From Nitrosomonadales bacterium (GTDB taxonomy: Bacteria > Pseudomonadota > Gammaproteobacteria > Burkholderiales > Gallionellaceae): a stretch of 64,000 nucleotides of DNA. Under the pieces are notes generated by a model. That model was not told the origin of the DNA. It did not search any database and worked only from the letters and a program-made list of their open reading frames with translations. The position numbers and the translations under genes were made by a program. The stretch covers positions 1,338 through 65,337 of the forward strand of contig JACRAQ010000115.1 of the NCBI GenBank assembly GCA_016213335.1, in the 5' to 3' direction. Below, piece by piece: positions 58,386-64,000 of this stretch; position 1 is the stretch's first letter, and the number at the start of each line of letters is the position of its first letter.

Positions 58386-60791
58386 CTACTTGATACAAAC
58401 CGCGCGCACCTGGTGAATGTCGGTAATGCCCGCCAGCACTTTCTCGATGCCGTCCTGTTTCAGCGTGCGCATCCCCTCTTCCAGCGCGATCGCCAGCAAT
58501 TCTGCGACGCGCGCGTGCTCCTGGATGGCTTTTTTGATGGGGTCGGTGCCGATCAGCAGCTCGTGCAACCCGACCCGGCCGCGGTAGCCGGTGCCGGAGC
58601 ACTTGTCACAGCCGACTTTTTCATACAGGGTGATATGCCCCTTGTCATCCGCGAATAGCTTGATCCAGTCGGCATACAGCGTCTTGAATGCGGCATTCGG
58701 ATCTTTCTTCCAGGTTTCGGTATTTTTCAGTTCTTCCGCATATTCGGACAGCAAGGACTTGATCTCTTCCTGGGTCGCGATACGCGGTTTCTTGCAATCC
58801 TTGCACAGGCGCTTGGCCAAACGCTGCGCCAGGATGCCCAGCAGCGCATCGGCGAAATTGAACGGATCCATGCCCATATCCAGCAGGCGGATGATGGATT
58901 CAGGCGCGCTGTTGGTGTGCAGGGTAGCGAACACCAGGTGGCCGGTGAGCGAGGCTTCGATGCCGGTTGCAACGGTTTCCTTGTCGCGCATTTCGCCGAC
59001 CATAATCACGTCCGGATCGGCACGCAGGAAGGCGCGCATGATGGTGGCAAAGTCCAGCCCGGCCTTTTTGTTGATCTGCACCTGGCGCAGGCCCTTCTGG
59101 GTGATTTCCACCGGGTCTTCCGCCGTCCATATCTTGGTATCCGGCGTGTTGATATGTTTCAGGATGGAGTGCAGTGTGGTGGTTTTACCGGAGCCGGTCG
59201 GGCCGCACACGAAGAACAGCCCGTAAGGCTTGCTGACCGTCTTCTTGACCAGCTCCAGGTTGCGTGCCGAAAAACCCATGTTGTCGAGCGGGATCGGCTC
59301 GCCCGAAGCCAGGATACGCATCACGACGTCTTCCACGCCACCTTGTGAAGGGATGGTCGCCACGCGCAGCTCGATATCCAGGGGGCCGTACTTCTTGAAC
59401 TTGATCTTGCCATCCTGCGGTTTGCGCTTCTCGGAAATATCGAGGTCGCACATGATCTTAAGGCGCGTGACCAGCGCGTTCCGGTAAGTTGCAGGGATCT
59501 CGATGTAACTCAACAACGAGCCATCCTTGCGCAGGCGTATCCCGGTCTTGCCTTTCCCCGGCAAAGGCTCGATGTGGATGTCGGATGCCCCCATCCGGTA
59601 GGCATCCACGATGATCTTGTTGACCAGCTTGACCAGCTCGTTGTCCGCTGCGGCGCTGACATCTTCCTGGCTGACAGCGCTGGATTCTTCATCCTCTCCC
59701 CCCAGCGAGGTAAGCAGGTCGTCCACGGAACCGCTATCTGCCTCGAAGCCTCCGGTGATTTCACCCGTTCCGCCGCCGCTGTAGAACAGGTCGAGCGTGG
59801 CCTTGAATTCGCGTTGCGGGCAGACTTTATAAATCAGGCGGTTCTTGGGAAAAATGTTGTTGACAACGCGCGAGGCCATGATCCGCTCCGGATCGGTGGT
59901 GAGGATCACCAGCCCTTCCTGGTTCTCCTCTATCGGCACCCAGTGGCTGCTCTCGACATATTCGCGCTTCAGGTTCCGGAGCAAGTCTGCGGGCTTGATG
60001 CGGTCGGTCTTGTGCGGCTCGTAGGGCACGCCGAAGTAGGTGGAAAGCGCCTTGCCCAGCGCGGGCAGTGCGACCTGAAACTCGTCTATCAGCACATCCT
60101 CGATGTCGGCGCCCTTGCGTCGTGCGGTACGCGTGGCCAGCTCGAATTCTGCGGCGGAGATGACCGCATCCGCTACCAGGTTATCGTATTTCGTTTTGAC
60201 AACGGAAGGCTGCTGGCGCTGGCGCAACGCCACCGCCAGCGTCTGCGCCAGCTCGTGCACGCCTTCCTCCACGACCTGCGGGAAAGGCTGGTCGGCCTTG
60301 TTGTTGATGACCTGGATGACGCCGATCAGCTCGCCGCCAGCCGCCTCGACGATGGGCGCCACCAGCATCTGCTTGGTGCGGTAGCCGGTGCGCCGGTCCA
60401 CGTCCTGCAAGAAACGCAACTGCGGGCTGTAGGATGCGAGCTCCTTCTCGTCGTACACGTCCTTGAGGTTGAGCGTTTTCTTGTTCAGCGCGGCAAAACC
60501 GGCGATGCTTTGTTCAGCGATGGGCAGCTTGAGATCCTTGAACGAGTTCAGGCCGGTCTTGACCTTGGAAACCAGCGAAACCTTGTCCTCTCCCACCACG
60601 TAAACAGTGAGGCGATCGGCATTGAACAGGCTGCAGATATCCTTGCTGACATCCAGCATGATCTCGTCAATGTTGCTGGTGGCATGGATCTTGTTGATGA
60701 CGTGGTTGAGGTTTTTGGTAAACTCCAGCCGTATTTCCATGTCGCCTGCGCTCGTCCTGCGCTCGATGCGGGGTACTGTCGCGTTATCCAT
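58386..60791 (-). CDS. GspE/PilB-family secretion ATPase with N-terminal GAF domain
   Basis: 801 aa. Domain order: GAF (…NADRLTVYVV…LNLKDVY…DRRTGYRTKQMLVAPI…GVIQVINN), a T2SSE_N-like domain and an acidic linker, then the ATPase core. The core has Walker A GPTGSGKTTT, Walker B DPDVIMVGEMRD, His box GHLVFATLHTN and Cys motifs CKDC…CDKC. Confidence 0.88.
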   Translation of the reverse strand: MDNATVPRIERRTSAGDMEIRLEFTKNLNHVINKIHATSNIDEIMLDVSKDICSLFNADRLTVYVVGEDKVSLVSKVKTGLNSFKDLKLPIAEQSIAGFAALNKKTLNLKDVYDEKELASYSPQLRFLQDVDRRTGYRTKQMLVAPIVEAAGGELIGVIQVINNKADQPFPQVVEEGVHELAQTLAVALRQRQQPSVVKTKYDNLVADAVISAAEFELATRTARRKGADIEDVLIDEFQVALPALGKALSTYFGVPYEPHKTDRIKPADLLRNLKREYVESSHWVPIEENQEGLVILTTDPERIMASRVVNNIFPKNRLIYKVCPQREFKATLDLFYSGGGTGEITGGFEADSGSVDDLLTSLGGEDEESSAVSQEDVSAAADNELVKLVNKIIVDAYRMGASDIHIEPLPGKGKTGIRLRKDGSLLSYIEIPATYRNALVTRLKIMCDLDISEKRKPQDGKIKFKKYGPLDIELRVATIPSQGGVEDVVMRILASGEPIPLDNMGFSARNLELVKKTVSKPYGLFFVCGPTGSGKTTTLHSILKHINTPDTKIWTAEDPVEITQKGLRQVQINKKAGLDFATIMRAFLRADPDVIMVGEMRDKETVATGIEASLTGHLVFATLHTNSAPESIIRLLDMGMDPFNFADALLGILAQRLAKRLCKDCKKPRIATQEEIKSLLSEYAEELKNTETWKKDPNAAFKTLYADWIKLFADDKGHITLYEKVGCDKCSGTGYRGRVGLHELLIGTDPIKKAIQEHARVAELLAIALEEGMRTLKQDGIEKVLAGITDIHQVRAVCIK

Positions 60792-60842
60792 CCACTGCTC
60801 CTTGTGATGCCTGTACCGGAATCAATTACCGGCCCCGGCGTA

Positions 60843-61940
60843 TTATTCCTGCTGATATCTGGGCGCCTTCCACAGGCCGCCTTCCAGCACGTAAACATCG
60901 TATCCCGCCTGCGCCAGAATGAATGCGGCAGCCGAACTGCGCCGCCCGCTCTGGCAATAGGTGATGTAGGTGCTGTTTCTATCGAGCGCCCCGATCGCGC
61001 TCCGGACATCGTTCAGCGGGATATTGATCGCGCCCGGTATTTTGTCGAAGCGGTATTCCGACGGGTGGCGCGCATCCACCCATATCGCGCCCTGTGCCAC
61101 TTTTTGCCTGGCATCCTCGTAGCTCAGGCGGTGCAGCAACGGCTCCTGCATCAGTTCGAAAAAATCCTGCCGCTTCAGGCGCAACAGCACGCCGCCGGAC
61201 TTCATGGTCACCGTAGCGTTGCGCTTGGCGCCTGAAACCAGCGCCTCTTCACCGAACACGTCGCCCGCCTTGAGGTCCGCCAGCAGCATGTTGATTCCGC
61301 CGACCTGGCGGGTAACCTGCGCCCGGCCGCTTTCTATCATGTAATAGTAATCGCCCTCGTCGCCCTCGCGGATAATGGCGTCGTTGGCCCATACCGCCAC
61401 CGCTTCGATGCGCTCGAGCAACTGCCCGATATTGGCCGGCGGCAAGTGGGCAAACGGGCCGCTCTTGATGTATTCTGCGCTGAATATGCCGGAACTCAGC
61501 CAGCGCGAGGGTCCGGTGGACAATTCCGGCGCGGCGCCGCTCTCCGTTAGGGGTTTCGCGCCGTCGTGCGGCGAAAACTGGTCCCACGTCGCAATCATGT
61601 CCAGCACATCGTCATCCACGCGCAGCAACTGGATGTCGCTCAGCGCCGTGGCGCCAACGATTTCGGGCTGGCGCTTGCCCAACGGGTGCTTGGCCCATTC
61701 TGAATTGGCACGCACCAGCACCCGGTTGCCATCCTGGTATTCCAGCTCCAGCTCGCCCTGGAGCAGGTACACGGACTGCCCATGCAGACCGCGCTTCCCG
61801 AATGGATTCTGCCCCTTGGGAACCGCTTCCAGATGACTATAGTCGAGCAGCTCACGCAAGCGGGCAGGACCGAACGACGAAATCGGCTTCAGCGCTGCCA
61901 GCATTCTGATGTCCAACATACCGCTCATCGTGTCTTCCAT
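60843..61940 (-). CDS. tandem cyclic nucleotide-binding-like domains + C-terminal rhodanese domain
   Basis: 365 aa. The first CNB-like fold is degenerate. The second is canonical (REGDEGDYYYMIESG…GDVFGEEALVSGAKRNATV). The rhodanese domain has the active-site loop YCQSGRRS. Confidence 0.8.
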   Translation of the reverse strand: MEDTMSGMLDIRMLAALKPISSFGPARLRELLDYSHLEAVPKGQNPFGKRGLHGQSVYLLQGELELEYQDGNRVLVRANSEWAKHPLGKRQPEIVGATALSDIQLLRVDDDVLDMIATWDQFSPHDGAKPLTESGAAPELSTGPSRWLSSGIFSAEYIKSGPFAHLPPANIGQLLERIEAVAVWANDAIIREGDEGDYYYMIESGRAQVTRQVGGINMLLADLKAGDVFGEEALVSGAKRNATVTMKSGGVLLRLKRQDFFELMQEPLLHRLSYEDARQKVAQGAIWVDARHPSEYRFDKIPGAINIPLNDVRSAIGALDRNSTYITYCQSGRRSSAAAFILAQAGYDVYVLEGGLWKAPRYQQE

Positions 61941-61976
61941 CCCGGAACGCTAAAACTCGAACACTTGGCCGTTTTG

Positions 61977-62720
61977 CTAGATCCGGGGGGGTAATCGGCG
62001 CACGCACTCCCCGATCTCCTGATTTGTCAGCTCGACCTCACCGGGTTTCAGGTGGGTAATGTAAATTTCCGGATCAAGCTTGAGCTTCAGCAGCTCCTCG
62101 GCCAGCATGCTGGGGCAAAAATGCTTGGAGCGCACCGCCAGATCCCTTTCCGCATTGGAAAAGGCGGTTTCGATGATAAGGTAGCGCAGGTTGGCGATGC
62201 GGTTGACCTCCTCCCACAGCGCATCGTTGGTCGTGGTATCGCCGCTGAATACCAGGCTGGCTGCCCCGCTGTCAACGCGAAACCCCACTGCGGGCACCAC
62301 GTGGTTGGCCGGCAACACGGTAATGCTTGCCCCCCGTTTTTTCAGTTCCACGGTCTGCCCCACCCGTATCGCGCTGTAGCGCATGAAGGGCCGTTGCGCG
62401 TCGGGAATGCGGGTGAAATCCGGCCAGATTCCCCAGTTAAAAATATGCTGCCTGAGAAGCGCCAATGTTTCCCCGGTGGCGTGGATGGTCAGCGGTTTGT
62501 CGCGCATAAAGCCAGCGCTGTCCACCAGCAGCGGGACACAAGCGATGTGATCGAGATGAGAATGCGTGACGAACACGTGGTCTATCATGCTCAGCTCGGT
62601 CAGGCTGAGCTCGCCCACGCCGGTGCCGGCATCAATCAGCACATCATTGTCCAGCAACATGGACGTGGTGCGCGAATTTCCACCAATGCCACCGCTGCAG
62701 CCGAGAATTCTGAGTTTCAT
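61977..62720 (-). CDS. class II 3',5'-cyclic-nucleotide phosphodiesterase (metallo-beta-lactamase fold)
   Basis: 247 aa with MKLRILGCSGG…, the signature THSHLDHI, and later FSGDT and the ITHLKP region. Confidence 0.78.
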   Translation of the reverse strand: MKLRILGCSGGIGGNSRTTSMLLDNDVLIDAGTGVGELSLTELSMIDHVFVTHSHLDHIACVPLLVDSAGFMRDKPLTIHATGETLALLRQHIFNWGIWPDFTRIPDAQRPFMRYSAIRVGQTVELKKRGASITVLPANHVVPAVGFRVDSGAASLVFSGDTTTNDALWEEVNRIANLRYLIIETAFSNAERDLAVRSKHFCPSMLAEELLKLKLDPEIYITHLKPGEVELTNQEIGECVRRLPPRI

Positions 62721-62755
62721 CGCCAGCTATCCGAACCGGTTATCGGGGCTTCCGG

Positions 62756-64000
62756 CTATTTAGTTTGAAAAACAAATACGCCATCCCAGTCCGCTCCCGG
62801 CGGGTTGCCCCGGAAATATGCGACACGTTCGGCATAGGCTTGGTACAGCACGCTTTCGGGCGCCATGCGCTGCAAATTATACAGCTGCAATTCCGCCTGC
62901 TCCCAATCCTGCTTGCGGTACAACTTCAGCACCTGATGAAAAAGCTTGAGTTCGTCCAGCGCGGCCTTGTCCACCTGGCCCGCCAAACCGAGCGGCTCAT
63001 AAATCGCTACGGGCTTGTCCTTGCCTTTCACCCGCACCAGGTCAAGCTCGCGGTAGATGAAATCCGGCACAGCGTTTTTGGTGTTCTCGCCCACGACGAC
63101 ACCCGCCCCATATTGCTTGGTAATGCCTTCCAGGCGCGAGGCCAGATTGACCGCATCTCCCATGACAGTATAGGCCACGCGCACTTCCGATCCCATGTTG
63201 CCCACGCTCACGCGACCGGTGTTGATGCCGACGCCGATATGGATTTCCGGCCAGCCGCGCTCCTTGAAATGCGGCAAAAGCTCCCGCAACTTCTGCTGCA
63301 TTTCAATGCCCGCCAGGATCGCGTGTTTCGCGTGCTCCGGATCCGGCAGCGGGGCGCCCCAGAATGCCATGATGCAGTCGCCCATGTATTTGTCTATGGT
63401 GCCGCGGTGCTTGTAGATCACGCGCGACAGGGGGGTGAGGAACTCGTTCATCAGCAAGGTGAGCTCCTTGGCGTCCAGCTTTTCTGAAATGCTGGTAAAG
63501 CCGCGCACGTCCGAGAACAGGATGGTCATCTCGCGGCTGTCGCCTTCCATCGAAACCTGCTCCGGATTCTTGCTCATCTCGTCAACCAGCTCGGACGGCA
63601 CGTATTGCCCGAACAGGCCGGTAATCTGCCGCTTGGTGCGCGCTTCGACAAAATAGCCGTAAGACATATCCAGCGCGAACAACCCCAGTATCATCAGCAC
63701 ACCGCCCGCCAGCGGCAATGCCAGCCCGGCAAAATGCCAGATTGCCAGGTTGCCCGCCAGCGCGGTCGCCAGTGCAAGCAAGGCGAGCAGCGTCGCCTTC
63801 ACCGGCGACAGCAATGGCAGGATCAGGCTCAGCACCACGCCGGTGATCAGCAACAACATGACTTCTGCACCCAGCAAGTAGGGAGGCTTGTGCTTGAGGT
63901 CCTGGTTGAGGATGCCATCTATCATGTTGGCGTGGATTTCCACCCCCGGATACACCGCCGCGACCGGGGTGGAGCGCATGTCCATCAACCCCGGTGCAGA
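62756..64000 (-). CDS. CHASE2-sensor class III adenylate/guanylate cyclase (N-terminus outside window)
   Basis: The frame is open to the window edge. It contains a CHASE2 tail (YPGVEIHANMIDGIL), 3 TM helices, then a cyclase domain with ILFSDVRGFTSISE, DKYMGDCIMAFWGAP and AYTVMGDAVNLASRLEG. Confidence 0.85.
   Translation of the reverse strand, partial: SAPGLMDMRSTPVAAVYPGVEIHANMIDGILNQDLKHKPPYLLGAEVMLLLITGVVLSLILPLLSPVKATLLALLALATALAGNLAIWHFAGLALPLAGGVLMILGLFALDMSYGYFVEARTKRQITGLFGQYVPSELVDEMSKNPEQVSMEGDSREMTILFSDVRGFTSISEKLDAKELTLLMNEFLTPLSRVIYKHRGTIDKYMGDCIMAFWGAPLPDPEHAKHAILAGIEMQQKLRELLPHFKERGWPEIHIGVGINTGRVSVGNMGSEVRVAYTVMGDAVNLASRLEGITKQYGAGVVVGENTKNAVPDFIYRELDLVRVKGKDKPVAIYEPLGLAGQVDKAALDELKLFHQVLKLYRKQDWEQAELQLYNLQRMAPESVLYQAYAERVAYFRGNPPGADWDGVFVFQTK

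Noticed and set aside
59574-61235. 553-aa plus-strand ORF opposite the GAF-GspE ATPase and the CNB-rhodanese gene
   Set aside because: It spans an intergenic gap between two well-supported minus-strand genes and has no motifs. It is a shadow ORF.

Overview
This is a 64-kb, almost fully coding, GC-rich chromosomal segment. The GC level is my own estimate: sampled 60-nt lines run about 60-68 percent GC over most of the window. Gene order looks betaproteobacterial, but this rests on synteny only because no search was possible. Layout: (1) 1-12.3 kb holds the conserved envelope/translation block pyrH(partial)-frr-uppS-cdsA-dxr-rseP-bamA-skp-lpxD-fabZ-lpxA-lpxB-rnhB. (2) 12.5-26.4 kb holds a TPR-methyltransferase, an ntrY/ntrX-like pair, DUF4390, rsmB-fmt-def (minus strand) and LysM-dprA-smg-topA (plus strand). 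(3) 26.5-38.8 kb holds assorted metabolic and membrane genes: DUF1566 lipoprotein, PQQ-type dehydrogenase, NDUFA9-like protein, flavin reductase, HDOD protein, heme A synthase, VanZ-like protein, 2Fe-2S ferredoxin, hydrolase, ABC-2 exporter, tpm, hemJ and a THUMP methyltransferase. (4) 38.8-45 kb is a signalling patch with an exported protein, a GGDEF protein, a LuxR-type response regulator, a REC-PAS-HisKA_3 kinase and a frameshifted EAL-HDOD gene. (5) 45-51.6 kb holds hisCBHAFIE, a HIT gene and tatABC. (6) 51.6-64 kb holds a Ser/Thr kinase fused to a cNMP-binding domain, a BepA-like M48 protease, and a lower-GC islet with a type IVa pilin (sigma-54 promoter) and a frameshifted TMTC-like membrane/TPR gene. 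The same region then holds a tightly packed minus-strand five-gene set: CHASE2 class III cyclase (5' end outside the window), class II cNMP phosphodiesterase, double-CNB/rhodanese protein, GAF-fused GspE/PilB-family ATPase and GAF-HD-GYP. I flag this five-gene set as the best candidate for an undescribed cyclic-nucleotide-gated pilus/secretion control module. I saw no rRNA, tRNA, CRISPR array, transposase, integrase or recognisable defence gene. Non-coding curiosities: a set of ~122-129 bp hairpin/MITE-like elements whose arms are built from 7-8 nt sub-repeats; a GC-rich palindromic repeat inserted in frame inside hisH; a 33-bp direct repeat that remodels the hisC 3' end; a 24-bp tandem duplication carrying an RBS and start codon; and a concentric 122-nt palindrome abutting the dprA start. 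Start codons are my best reading of the ORF track plus motifs. Functional calls rest on remembered family motifs and synteny, not on database searches.
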